Positions 25,039 through 34,629 of a DNA stretch of 51,992 bases are shown here, piece after piece (the stretch's first letter is position 1; each line of letters opens with the position of its first letter). Origin of the DNA: a virus (Duplodnaviria > Caudoviricetes); the IMG/VR virus record IMGVR_UViG_3300048586_000159, positions 1-51,992 of that record; one strand, written 5' to 3'. The position numbers and the translations under genes are program-made. The notes under the pieces are model-generated. The model made no database searches and was not told the DNA's origin. It worked only from the letters and a program-made list of their open reading frames with translations.

Positions 25039-26007
25039 TTATTTGGTGACATCGCCAATCGTAATCACCCCAGCCGAATGTTTAATAGAACTTGCTACGA
25101 GGTCCCAGTTGGCCCCCGTAGCAAGCTCCGCGTCGGTCGGCGACTTGCCACCGGAACCTTCATCCCATGTGAAGCCCTTGAGGCCGAGGCCGAAGGTGTA
25201 GTCCACCTGCAGGGTCGTCTCGATGCGGGTCTGACCGTTCTTCGTCTCTATGTTCGAGATGATGTCACGGCTGTCCGAGACGGTGGCGGCGTTCGCCACC
25301 AGCGACAGCACCTTGAGCTTGTTCGGCGTGCCGGCCTCGTACAGGGCGGGCGCGTCGGTGACGACGACCATCTTGCCGAGGATATCGACCACGCGAACGT
25401 TGGCGGCCTGGAACAGGGTCTGCGCATTGGCGAGGTTCAGGCCGATCAGCTTGTGATAGGCCGTACCATTCATCACCTGCGTGATGAGATTGCCGGAATG
25501 GTCGCCGAACTTGGCGTGGGCATCGTTCATGGTGATGTAGCTGACGCCGGCCGTGGCCGACACGTCATTCGTGGCCGCGGCCTGATTGCTGATCGCGGCC
25601 ACCAGCGCGGCAATGGCGCTGTTGAGCTGATCGCGAAGCAGCGCCTCGGCGAAATTGCGGGAGGCAACCTCGACGCCCTCGGCCGTCGGCTTGTCCAGCC
25701 AGGTCATCTGCGAAGGCTCATAGCGCACCGGGCCGAAGCCGCCCGCGACCTTGACCGAGGAGTGCTTGAGCTGCGTCAGGTCGGTTGCCGAAGCGCTGGC
25801 CTGAGCAGCATAGCGGTCAACGCGACGCTGAGCCGAGTGGATGGCGGCGTAGAACGATTCCTGGAGGAAGTCGCCTTCGAAACCTTCCGTGGTCAGGCGG
25901 ATCGCGCCGCCGGATGCCGCGTTGAACTTGTCGACCATCTGCGCAAGCGTCTCGATGGTGGCGGGCATGAAGTACTTGTTGAAGACCTGCATCTGCGAAA
26001 GAGACAT
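25039..26007 (-). CDS. Major capsid protein
   Basis: 322 aa after the scaffold gene; FNAASGGAIRL and GLGLKGFTWD...KSPTDAELATGANW motifs. Confidence 0.88.
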   Translation of the reverse strand: MSLSQMQVFNKYFMPATIETLAQMVDKFNAASGGAIRLTTEGFEGDFLQESFYAAIHSAQRRVDRYAAQASASATDLTQLKHSSVKVAGGFGPVRYEPSQMTWLDKPTAEGVEVASRNFAEALLRDQLNSAIAALVAAISNQAAATNDVSATAGVSYITMNDAHAKFGDHSGNLITQVMNGTAYHKLIGLNLANAQTLFQAANVRVVDILGKMVVVTDAPALYEAGTPNKLKVLSLVANAATVSDSRDIISNIETKNGQTRIETTLQVDYTFGLGLKGFTWDEGSGGKSPTDAELATGANWDLVASSIKHSAGVITIGDVTK

Positions 26008-26127
26008 GGTCGGTTCCTTTCCGTTTTCCGTGATGGGTGGGGTGTGGTTGCGGGCATTGCCCAGATGCCCGTCACCTCGTTGAGATCACGGGAGGTCGCG
26101 CCGCGCGGCGCGGGTGGTCAGGAGCAG

Positions 26128-26850
26128 TTATGCCCCGGCGCTGAGTTCGGGGAACTTCGCCGAGATGGCGGCGGCGCGGGCCTTGGCGTCTCCGCCGAAG
26201 TCACCCTTCACCGCTTGCTGCTGATGGCCGTTGTCGTTGCCCTTGGCGTTGTCGCCCTTGGCCGGTGCGACGAAGGGTTTGCCCTCGTCACCTGCGGCCC
26301 AGCGTTTGACAGCTTCCGCGATACCCATGGGCCCGAGGCCGATATCCATGGAGGCTTCGTCCGTATCCATGGCAACACGCGGCTCCAGAAGAGCGCGAGC
26401 GGCCTTGACGAACGATGGCTCCTTGATGCCAGAGGCGGAAAGAGCGTCGGTGAGCGCGGCATTGACCGCGGCCTTCTTGCCCTTGGTGACCTCGCCCTCG
26501 TACTTGCCCTTCCAGTCGTCGCGCTCGCCTTCGAGGGTTTTGCGAAGCTCGACCAGCTGGCGCTGGTGCGCCGCGTCGTCGGTCTTGCCTTCCTTCAGCT
26601 TCTTCCACGTCTCCTGGTCGAAGTCCTCGGGAGCGGCCTTCTTCTTCGCGTCGGCCAGATCGTTCTTGGCGGTCGCGAGATCGGCCTTGGTGCGGTCATA
26701 AGCGTTGGCGAGGGGGAGAACATCGCGATGGCCGCGAACGCTATCGGCGTCGGTATCCAGATGGAACTTGCCATCCGTGTGTTCGACATAGAGGGATTTC
26801 AGGGCCTCGTCGACATTGTAGATCGAGTCCAGAACGAGCTTCAGGGCCAT
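26128..26850 (-). CDS. Capsid scaffolding protein
   Basis: MALK..LDS...LY.E..DGKF.LD N-terminus and coiled coil; lies between portal and capsid genes. Confidence 0.75.
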   Translation of the reverse strand: MALKLVLDSIYNVDEALKSLYVEHTDGKFHLDTDADSVRGHRDVLPLANAYDRTKADLATAKNDLADAKKKAAPEDFDQETWKKLKEGKTDDAAHQRQLVELRKTLEGERDDWKGKYEGEVTKGKKAAVNAALTDALSASGIKEPSFVKAARALLEPRVAMDTDEASMDIGLGPMGIAEAVKRWAAGDEGKPFVAPAKGDNAKGNDNGHQQQAVKGDFGGDAKARAAAISAKFPELSAGA

Positions 26851-26897
26851 TGGCCTTATCTCCTGTTGGTGGTGGGTAGGTCGGGTTCCGACCGGGC

Positions 26898-28250
26898 TTA
26901 GACGAGCGCCGCAGCGGCTTCGTCTTCTCCGCCCTCAGGGTCGATGAGGGCGTATTCCTGTTCCGCGTCACGCTCGGGCGAGAATATCCCGCCGGCCTGT
27001 CCGCGTTCGTAGAAGGTCTCCCAGGACATGCCGTTCTGGCTGTAGACGCTGAAGAGCTGCGCGAAGTCCGCCGGCGACATGGTGCTGTCGAGCAGATCCT
27101 TTGGCGGGACCACGACGATATCGTTCTCGTCGAGCCCCTTCATTCGGGCCGCCGCCTTCAATCCGCGCTCAAGCAGCGCGGCCGAGACCTGCGATACGCT
27201 CATGAGGTTGGCTGTCTCGCTCGCGAACCGAAGCTTGCGGGCCTCCCCGCTCTCCTGCGTGGACTTCTCCTGTTCGAACATTCGGGCGCCGGCCATGACG
27301 GCGGCTTCCTTCTGCTTTTCGATTGCCGCCTCGTGAGCTTCGATGCCAGAGCATGTCGGCGAGACGTATTTCAGATCAGGCGTAACAGTGTCGTTGCCCA
27401 TCATCTGGTGCACGACGCCAGCGCCAACGGTCTTAGGTGCCTCGCCGTTGATGGCGACAAGGGTCTCCTGCCCACTCATGAAGAGCTGCCAGCGCCAATC
27501 GGCTGAAAGCTGGTAGGAGTTGATGATGGCGTTCGCGATGCCGATCAACGGCGGGGTTTCGACCGCCGGCACCACATCACGAGCATTGCCGACATAGAAC
27601 GGCACGAAGTTGAGCCGGCCGTCACCCAGAGCGACGGGCTCGGTCTTGGTGATGGTGCCGAGGTCTTCGCCCTCATAGACGGACGAGACATAGAAGCCGT
27701 CAATCAGTTCCAGCACGCGGAACTTCGGATTATCCTTCCACTCGAATCCGACTCGGCGTTTGCCGCTCTCATCAAGGACGAAGAAGTCTCGGTCCCAGTT
27801 GATGATGCTGTCGCCGGCATAGCCCGCGAGATACGGTTCGCCACCGCCAACCGGAGCCGTCGTCAAAACGCCGTAGCGGCCCAGCCAGAGCAGATATCGC
27901 GTAATGCGGCGGTGAAAGGCCTCAAGGCTCATGCCATCGCCGTCGGCATTCTCCCAGATCGACGCCAGACCATCTGGAATGGTGATCTGCGTCTCCTTGG
28001 AGTGGATGATGCCGATCATCGCCGCGACCGACGGCGAAAGCAGTTCCGGCACAATGGCGCGAAGCTTGTACGCCTTTTCGTACGCCTCCTGGCCGCCGTC
28101 GGGCATACCCTTGAAGCCAGAGGGCATCGGCAGATAGGCCACGCCCTTCTGCTTCACTGCACGCTGACCCTGCATGGCGTCCCGCATGAGACACCAGTCG
28201 GCAAGGCGATCCGCCGTCAAATCCGGGTGCTTTGTCTTCACATCGAACAT
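26898..28250 (-). CDS. Portal protein (DUF4055-like)
   Basis: Follows TerL with TAATG overlap; YLPMPSG, PPL..IA..I..YQLSAD and ESGEA motifs. Confidence 0.85.
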   Translation of the reverse strand: MFDVKTKHPDLTADRLADWCLMRDAMQGQRAVKQKGVAYLPMPSGFKGMPDGGQEAYEKAYKLRAIVPELLSPSVAAMIGIIHSKETQITIPDGLASIWENADGDGMSLEAFHRRITRYLLWLGRYGVLTTAPVGGGEPYLAGYAGDSIINWDRDFFVLDESGKRRVGFEWKDNPKFRVLELIDGFYVSSVYEGEDLGTITKTEPVALGDGRLNFVPFYVGNARDVVPAVETPPLIGIANAIINSYQLSADWRWQLFMSGQETLVAINGEAPKTVGAGVVHQMMGNDTVTPDLKYVSPTCSGIEAHEAAIEKQKEAAVMAGARMFEQEKSTQESGEARKLRFASETANLMSVSQVSAALLERGLKAAARMKGLDENDIVVVPPKDLLDSTMSPADFAQLFSVYSQNGMSWETFYERGQAGGIFSPERDAEQEYALIDPEGGEDEAAAALV

Positions 28251-29725
28251 TAATAAAGACCCGTAACTGCCGTCGTTGCCGTTGATGGTTGCCGTTTCGT
28301 CGTCAGTTCCGTGAACGCGCGCGATGCAGCGTCGATCTGGTCCTTCCACTTGCCCATCGGGAAGCCCTCAGCCTCGGAAAGGAATGCCTCGTTCCATTTG
28401 CCTTCGAGCAGGAAGACGTTCCCGGCTTCAGCCTGCGCAGCGAGTGGGAGGGCTCTCGTTTCCTTGTCGCCCGTCTCTGGGCTGAAATGGTAATCGAAGC
28501 CGACGAGCACATGGCGCAGGATGTGTTGCGCCTGCGCCTTACCGGCTTGCCCTGGGTCTTGCGGGTACGAGCCGCGCACCTGACCGTGAGTTGCCTTGTC
28601 TTGCTCCGCCGTGGCTTTCAGCAGCCGCTCGACACCCATAGGGCCAAGCTGCTCACGGACGGCGTTTGCGATGATGAACCGGCCATCAGGCGCCAGAGCC
28701 ATCAATATGCCGGCAGTTGCCGCGGCTTCCTCGTCCTCGGTCGCTGCCAAGTCCCAGCCCCGAACGAACCGGCAGCCGGTTGGTAGCGCCCTGACAGTTC
28801 CGAACCACGACCGCTTGAACAGGCCGCCGCCGCGCGGGACCGGCCGCTGTTGCAACTGACCGGCCGAGGCGTAGCTTCCAAGCGTTCGCTCCAGAAGCTC
28901 GACCTGGGATTTCGGGAAGCGCTCTGGGAAGAGCAATTCCCCATCGGTCTGCCGCGGGTCCTTGAAGTATGGCGTCACGCACCGACGCTCGGCTTCAAAG
29001 CGCATCGGCAACATGAGGTGGACGTAAGGCAGGCCCTTCGTGATGATCAGTCCCGACGTGTCTCGCTCATGCAGGCGCTGCATGATGACGACAATCGCAG
29101 AATCCTCATTGTTCACTCGGGTCGGAAGCGCCTCAAGAAAGGTACGCTCCGCCGCCAGAAGTTCGGCCTCGCTGTTCGCATCGTCTGCAGACAGCGGGTC
29201 GTCGAGGATAACCCGATCTCCGCGCGAGCCGGTCATGCTCTGGAAGGCCATCGCCTCGCGAAAGCCGGTCTTGTCGTTCTCGAACTTCGTCTTTGCGTTC
29301 TGGTCTGTCGTCAGCGCCGTTGGCCAGCGCGTCTGATACCATTCCGATTGGATGAGGCGCCGGCACTTCAGGTTGTCGCGGATCGCGAGGTCCTGCTTGT
29401 GCGCCGTCGAAAGGAACCGCTTTTCCGGCTGCCCGAGCGGACCCCACTCCCATGCCGGCCAGATGACGCCCGTCAAAAGCGACTTCATGGTGCCAGGCGG
29501 CACGTTCATGAGGAGGTGCTTGACCTCCCCGCGGCTCACGGCCTCGAGGTGATGGCAGATCGCATCAAGCGCCCATCCCCACTTCAGGGGTGTCGCAGGT
29601 TCAAGGATATGCCATGCACGCTTGGCGAACTCTGCAAGGGACCTTTTGCAGGCTCGCCGCTCAATTTCCCTTTCTATTTCGCTCAGCGGCGGCAGCGAGA
29701 GTTCGATACGCTTCGATTTCATCAT
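28250..29725 (-). CDS. terL: Terminase large subunit
   Basis: NVPPGTMKS (Walker A), GSRGDRVILDDP, IMQRLHERD and KDQIDA motifs. Confidence 0.93.
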   Translation of the reverse strand: MMKSKRIELSLPPLSEIEREIERRACKRSLAEFAKRAWHILEPATPLKWGWALDAICHHLEAVSRGEVKHLLMNVPPGTMKSLLTGVIWPAWEWGPLGQPEKRFLSTAHKQDLAIRDNLKCRRLIQSEWYQTRWPTALTTDQNAKTKFENDKTGFREAMAFQSMTGSRGDRVILDDPLSADDANSEAELLAAERTFLEALPTRVNNEDSAIVVIMQRLHERDTSGLIITKGLPYVHLMLPMRFEAERRCVTPYFKDPRQTDGELLFPERFPKSQVELLERTLGSYASAGQLQQRPVPRGGGLFKRSWFGTVRALPTGCRFVRGWDLAATEDEEAAATAGILMALAPDGRFIIANAVREQLGPMGVERLLKATAEQDKATHGQVRGSYPQDPGQAGKAQAQHILRHVLVGFDYHFSPETGDKETRALPLAAQAEAGNVFLLEGKWNEAFLSEAEGFPMGKWKDQIDAASRAFTELTTKRQPSTATTAVTGLY

Positions 29726-30176
29726 CGCTCATCGCCGCCAAATCGAAAGCCGCCGGCTTCGGGCTCATGCTCCCATCGCTTGAGGTGTGATCATGCTTTT
29801 GCCGGTTGGTGTAGCTATCACCTACCTCTTTCGCAGCCTGCTCCAGAAGGTTGGAGGCCAGCACCATGTTCCCCTGCGTCTCCGCCTTGTCTGCCATGCG
29901 CTGGAGAGCGCGAAGACGAACGGCGCGGTGACTGATGGCGATGGTGGACGTGTCTTCCAGAAACGACTTGCGTGTTTCGTCGAACAGCACCCGCCAGCGC
30001 TCGCCCAACTTGGCGCCGGCCTTCTTGGTCGGATCGTGGCTCTCGCACAGCTGCTTGCTGATCTCGATGCCATACTCGCGCTTGACCGCAGCCACGACGA
30101 CAGCGAGCCCGTCAAAGCAGGCAAGGCTCTGGATGATGAAGGCCTTCACCTCATCGGATAGCTTCGGACCTGCCAT
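29661..30176 (-). CDS. terS: Terminase small subunit (DUF2280-like)
   Basis: LSDEVKAFIIQSLACFD...LLEQAAKEVG..YTNR; directly upstream of terL. Confidence 0.82.
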   Translation of the reverse strand: MAGPKLSDEVKAFIIQSLACFDGLAVVVAAVKREYGIEISKQLCESHDPTKKAGAKLGERWRVLFDETRKSFLEDTSTIAISHRAVRLRALQRMADKAETQGNMVLASNLLEQAAKEVGDSYTNRQKHDHTSSDGSMSPKPAAFDLAAMSDDEIEAYRTLAAAAERNRKGN

Positions 30177-30203
30177 GGATTGCGTCTAACCTCGTCTAGA
30201 CGT

Positions 30204-30833
30204 TCACGCCGCCTTTGAGAGGCAGACCCCGCATGCATGGGCGATGCTGGCGTGGCCGATCTCCGGCTTACCCTTGGCAGCATCGACGAACTCGCGAACG
30301 TGCGCGGCATCGGCACCATAGCGGCGGACGATGCTGGTGAATTCCTGAACGTCATGCCCCCGGATGCACCACACCGGGCGGCCGGTTGAGGCGTTGAACT
30401 TCGGCGCGCCGTAGATATCCCTGTCCTGGGCGGCGTGGAGCAATTCATGCTCAACAAGCGCGCACCACTCGATATCGCTGCACTGCTCGGCATATCCAGC
30501 ATCGAAGGTCAGGATGAAATCGGGTATGGACCCGAACCACTGCTCGACCTGAATGCGAGCCTTTGCCTTCGACCACTTGCCCATTGCCATGGGATCGCCG
30601 GTCTCGCATTGCCCGACGATGGCTCTCCCGTTCTTGCTGTTCGAGACGTTGGTCCACAGGGCGCCAATGTTGGCTTGCTCGAGGTGCCCGTGCTCCGAGT
30701 TCCAAAGTGGTGCGCCTTCCCGCACGAATGTTGCCATCGCCCATTCGACGACTTCGGGAGCCGGGATGAACTGGTCGCCATGCTCGACATCGAAGATGAT
30801 TCCCGGCGGTCGAGGGCGCTCAATTTCGGCCAT
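30204..30833 (-). CDS. Putative phage metallopeptidase
   Basis: LVEHELLH (HEXXH) and GHDVQEF motifs. Confidence 0.78.
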   Translation of the reverse strand: MAEIERPRPPGIIFDVEHGDQFIPAPEVVEWAMATFVREGAPLWNSEHGHLEQANIGALWTNVSNSKNGRAIVGQCETGDPMAMGKWSKAKARIQVEQWFGSIPDFILTFDAGYAEQCSDIEWCALVEHELLHAAQDRDIYGAPKFNASTGRPVWCIRGHDVQEFTSIVRRYGADAAHVREFVDAAKGKPEIGHASIAHACGVCLSKAA

Positions 30834-31016
30834 TTCAATCTCCGGTGGGTAGAAACCCCGTGTCAAAGGCCATTTTTGACCGCGCTTACCATGTATGGTT
30901 CAACCTGCGGTCATCATGGATAGCGGATGTTCCTATCTCTGGCCTCAGCTGAGGACACAGATCGGAGCATCTGAGAAGCCGGACCTAAGCCCGGCTCTCG
31001 TTTCAGGCATGCGGGA

Positions 31017-31325
31017 TCAGCAGCGACTTCGGACCTCGATGAGGTTCAGGCGGGTGCCGGACGCATCGGCGATGTTCACGCGCGCATCGGTCGGGAACGA
31101 ACTTCGCCCGGTGGCGACGGCGCTGATGATGGCGGCCGGGGCTTCGCAGGTCAGCGCGACGTGATCGTCATAGACCTGCAGGATGGTCGGGGCATCGAGG
31201 CTGGCCTTGACGGCTTCATAGATGCCGGGATCGGTCGGCGTGGCCGCGGTCGCGGGCGCCGAGATCGTGAAGGCCATGGCCGCAAGGGCGAGGCCCGCAT
31301 AGATCAGACTTCGGATCATGCGCAT
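31017..31325 (-). CDS. Hypothetical exported protein
   Basis: Signal-peptide-like N-terminus; AAAGGA RBS. Confidence 0.6.
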   Translation of the reverse strand: MRMIRSLIYAGLALAAMAFTISAPATAATPTDPGIYEAVKASLDAPTILQVYDDHVALTCEAPAAIISAVATGRSSFPTDARVNIADASGTRLNLIEVRSRC

Positions 31326-31355
31326 GCTGGTTCCTTTCTGCTGGGGTGGAGGTGT

Positions 31356-31517
31356 TCAGCGGAGTGGACTACCCATGAGATTTTTCCTCACCAAGTAGTC
31401 CAGCGCTTTCTCTCGTGTTTCCTGACGCTTAGGCAGTTGCCGGCACAGCATGCGGACAAGCATGGCTAAATCGTCCACCGTGCGTTCGACTTCTGTCTTG
31501 GGCTCAAGGTCGATCAT
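31356..31517 (-). CDS. Small hypothetical protein (53 aa)
   Basis: MIDLEPKTEVERTVDDLAMLVRMLCRQL...ALDYLVRKNLMGSPLR; abuts the upstream stop. Confidence 0.55.
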   Translation of the reverse strand: MIDLEPKTEVERTVDDLAMLVRMLCRQLPKRQETREKALDYLVRKNLMGSPLR

Positions 31518-31745
31518 TCAGGTCGCCGGCGTGAAGTCGAGATAGTATTCACCGCCGACGACGAAGCCCTTGGCGGCCTCCGGGTTGATGGTGCCGATCT
31601 CGACCTTGCCCCACGGCGTCCACTTGAAGAACTCGTCGTTCTCCTTGCTGCCGGTGGTGACAGGCTCGAACGAAAGGCTGAACCCTGCCGAATTCTCGTT
31701 CCGCTGGGTCAGCTTGAACTTTGCTCTGCATACGGGTGCGCTCAT
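31518..31745 (-). CDS. Conserved phage hypothetical protein (75 aa)
   Basis: RAKF...ENDEFFKWTPWG...EYYLDFTPA; AAGGAG RBS. Confidence 0.75.
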   Translation of the reverse strand: MSAPVCRAKFKLTQRNENSAGFSLSFEPVTTGSKENDEFFKWTPWGKVEIGTINPEAAKGFVVGGEYYLDFTPAT

Positions 31746-32275
31746 GCGTCTTCTCCTTGTTGAGCCCGGATACCGCCGGGCGCGGATAGCTTTGCCGCCA
31801 CAGGAGCGTCACTGTTCCTGTCTTCCAAGCGCCGGTGCCATTGTCCTGCTTATCCGGGGCGGACTTCCTGAATGCGAAAGCCCGCCACCAGTGAAGGCGA
31901 CGGGCTATTATCGGCTGGCGAAACTATAAAGCTGGCGTGCAGATTATAGTAACGGGTGCCTTTGGTTTAAAGTTGACGGCTCCAGCGATATCGCCCGCCA
32001 CGGTCTTGCCGCGTATGGGGTCGGGAAGGATACCAGCATTTGAGGCATATCTGCCTGCGGGTGTTTGCATGCGCCGCGAAGGTCATGAGCCAGTGGCGCA
32101 AGCGGTATCCCGAACCAGCTTCCCGATGGGCTTTGGAATGGCAGAGGTTCGGATCACGGTTCCGATCCTCCTCAGCGTGACATGAGCCTTTGGCGCCATT
32201 CCAAACTGTTGAGGCTATGCCTCGGAATCAAAAAAAGCAGGAATGTGCGAACACGTCCCGACTTTGATATTTCGG

Positions 32276-32304
32276 AAGATACATCACGCCGCTGATTTGC
32301 GCAA
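32276..32304 (-). promoter_or_regulatory. Putative late promoter (TTGCGC-N17-TATCTT)
   Basis: Overlaps the end of the putative late regulator gene and points into the structural operon, as lambda pR' does. Confidence 0.55.
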
Positions 32305-32877
32305 GTGCTTAGCAACGTGGAGCGCGTCCAATCCCCTGCGAAGCCACAACATTTGGAGTTCCGGCATAAGACGGAGCGTTTCTATGTCAAGGAGACAGAC
32401 ATTGCGGACGGTTGTCTTGACCTGTGGCCCGTCTTCGCAACGGAGCAAGACGCCCTCAAGCTCCATCATGCGGTTGGACGCGCGCCGGGCGGCATCCGCC
32501 CTGGATTGCGTCACGTCACCTTCGGATCCACGAACGCCGCCGACAGACTGCGCCCGGGCTGATGGGAACGGGATGCCGGTCAGCCGATAATAACGCGCCA
32601 TGTCCTCGGCGTATTCGTTGCCCGCCTCAAGCTGGTGCTGGGTAATGTTCCCGTCGAGGAAGATCCGCCCGAGGGTGTAGCCCGCCAGGGCGTTGTTCTC
32701 GTTGAGGCCGTGAATTCTCCCTCGGGCGATGATTGCGACGGACGTGGCGTCCTGCTCGCTTTCCCGCTGCGACCAATCCTGCTTGATCTTGCCGCAGGGA
32801 TGACGCTCCGCGCCGGCCTTGCGTGGCCGACCTCTGGAAATTCGCTTCTTCTTCAGTTTCGCCGCCTTACTTGCCAT
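32284..32877 (-). CDS. Putative late-gene regulator (Q-position protein)
   Basis: Last early gene; basic N-terminus, ITQHQLEAG..Y and C-terminal LRRGLDALH motifs. Confidence 0.6.
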   Translation of the reverse strand: MASKAAKLKKKRISRGRPRKAGAERHPCGKIKQDWSQRESEQDATSVAIIARGRIHGLNENNALAGYTLGRIFLDGNITQHQLEAGNEYAEDMARYYRLTGIPFPSARAQSVGGVRGSEGDVTQSRADAARRASNRMMELEGVLLRCEDGPQVKTTVRNVCLLDIETLRLMPELQMLWLRRGLDALHVAKHLRKSAA

Positions 32878-32902
32878 TGTGGTGTTCCTCGTGTTGCCGC
32901 CA

Positions 32903-33136
32903 TTACGTCCGCAGCGCCTTGAGCGCCGCCAGTTCATTTTCCAGCTCCTCGATCCTGCACTCGACCTGAGGTTTCGCCGTCTTGAAGCAATCGCCGTCGA
33001 AGTGGCAGACACCATCTTCGGCGCAGTGGCCGCCGGCGTGCTGGCACTTCATCATCGCCTTCGCAAAACGCTCGTGGTGCAGTTCGGTGTCTGCAATTGG
33101 CCGCAACCATTCCTCGCGCGCCCATGCCATCCTCAC
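32903..33136 (-). CDS. Hypothetical Cys-rich protein
   Basis: Coupled to the upstream gene; CQH..GHC..DGVC..DGDC. Confidence 0.55.
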   Translation of the reverse strand: MRMAWAREEWLRPIADTELHHERFAKAMMKCQHAGGHCAEDGVCHFDGDCFKTAKPQVECRIEELENELAALKALRT

Positions 33137-33471
33137 CCCTCCTTGCCGTTGAGGATCGAGACGCGGGGCATGGAATGCACCTCGCCCGATACGTGGTGGC
33201 GCTCGACGGAGCGGATGCCGAAGCTATGGACACGCTTGCTAGGTGGCCGCTGGACCGGCTCGACGGCGCGCGGCTCCTCCTTGATGGTGATTGCCTGCTC
33301 CCTCGCCCACACCCGCGCCGGGAAAAGATCACGATGCATGCTGGCCGTGCCCGACATGCTTCCCCTGGTGACGCCGACCAGTTCAGCAATTTTCGAAGCA
33401 GACAGCCCCTGATCCCAAAGCCTGGATGCTTCGTTCAATCTTTCCTCGGTCCATATGATGCGGTTAGCCAA
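33133..33471 (-). CDS. GcrA-like HTH protein
   Basis: WTEERLNEASRLWDQGLSASKIAELVGVTRGS matches the GcrA N-terminal HTH pattern. TTG start inferred. Confidence 0.7.
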   Translation of the reverse strand: MANRIIWTEERLNEASRLWDQGLSASKIAELVGVTRGSMSGTASMHRDLFPARVWAREQAITIKEEPRAVEPVQRPPSKRVHSFGIRSVERHHVSGEVHSMPRVSILNGKEG

Positions 33472-33985
33472 GGCGGGCCTCCATCTTTCGGACCGCGAAA
33501 AGGATGGTCGTATGATCGCGGCCGCCGAAGATTGCGCCGAGCTGCGGGAAAGATAGATCGGGCCGCGCCCTGTGGACGGCCAAGATGCAGGTATGCCGCG
33601 CCTCGACGATCGGGATAGACCGGCCCGGCCCCATGACCTGCGCATACGTGATGCCTGGGAAGTCCCGCAGAACATCGGTGATGATTTCCTTCGTCGGGCG
33701 ACGGGAACCGGAAACATCGTTGCCGGCGGTAAGGCCGTTGATGGCCTGCTCATGGGCGCGGATGATGCTATCTTTCTCATCAAGCCGCTCCTGCAAGGAT
33801 CGTGTTTCGGCCCGGAGTGCGATTACCTGTGCTGACAGGCGGGTGATTTCGTCTTGGAGACTTTTGCGCTCGGCGGCGTTGACGAAGTTCCGTCCGCCTC
33901 CCATGAGGGCTTCCCGGCGCGCCTTTCCCTCCGCGAGATATGCCGCTACGTCAGCGACCGGCTTAGCTGAAATCTGGATGTTCAT
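33464..33985 (-). CDS. Protein with coiled coil and DnaA C-terminal (domain IV)-like HTH
   Basis: IVEARH...LSFPQLGAIFGGRDHTTILFAVRK. Confidence 0.8.
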   Translation of the reverse strand: MNIQISAKPVADVAAYLAEGKARREALMGGGRNFVNAAERKSLQDEITRLSAQVIALRAETRSLQERLDEKDSIIRAHEQAINGLTAGNDVSGSRRPTKEIITDVLRDFPGITYAQVMGPGRSIPIVEARHTCILAVHRARPDLSFPQLGAIFGGRDHTTILFAVRKMEARLG

Positions 33986-34629
33986 GACCGTTTCCCCTTC
34001 ACGAGCCGGGTTTCTGGGAGCTTCGAGACGTGCGGACGGCGAACGCGCAGCTTGTCCATCTCTGCTTGGGTCTCGGGCGATGTGCCGATATGGGCGCGGC
34101 CTGTGACCGGCAGAGGCGCGCCGGCCTTTGCCGCGGCGAGCAGGACGCAAACCCGAGCTCGAACAGCAGGATCGGCGCGTTCCACGACGATTGCAGCTCG
34201 GCGTGCCTCGTCCTCGGCACGCTCGAAGAGCCGCTCCGCCTCGTTGCGAAGGCTGTTCTTCTCGCCAATGAACGGCGCGATGATAGACCTGGCATGGCGC
34301 GCAAACTCGGCGCACGTTGGCATGAACTGGCCGGTATGGTTCTCGACGCGGCCGGCAAGGAAATCGTTGGTCGCTTCGGAGACAGCCCATTCCGGCAGAT
34401 CGGCGCAAGCCGTCCTGAATTCCTTGGCGAAGTCGGCCATCTCCACGTCGGGCTGAGGACGCAACTGGCCGCGGAGCCGAACCGCCGCATCGCGCAGTGC
34501 CCCGGTATCGCAGCGGCGCAAGAGAGCGTCGATCTCGGAAACCCGGATGCTGATTTCCCGCGCTCTGCGACGGTAACGTTCGGGAAGGCGCTCGAAGATA
34601 TCGGCAGGGACTAGATCACCCATTGGCAA
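33982..34629 (-). CDS. Replication-associated protein (helicase-loader position)
   Basis: Follows the initiator; DLPEWAV.EA...F.AG...FMPTCAEF motif. Confidence 0.6.
   Translation of the reverse strand: MPMGDLVPADIFERLPERYRRRAREISIRVSEIDALLRRCDTGALRDAAVRLRGQLRPQPDVEMADFAKEFRTACADLPEWAVSEATNDFLAGRVENHTGQFMPTCAEFARHARSIIAPFIGEKNSLRNEAERLFERAEDEARRAAIVVERADPAVRARVCVLLAAAKAGAPLPVTGRAHIGTSPETQAEMDKLRVRRPHVSKLPETRLVKGKRS

Noticed and set aside
26008-26127. Hairpins between the scaffold and capsid genes (CGGGCAT/ATGCCCG, CCGTGAT/ATCACGG)
   Set aside because: Short GC-rich stems in one spacer with no second copy; too weak to call without homologs.
31750-32275. tRNA gene in the late leader
   Set aside because: I could not build a cloverleaf with T-loop GTTCRA and a 7-bp acceptor stem on either strand. 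Reported as a structured region only.
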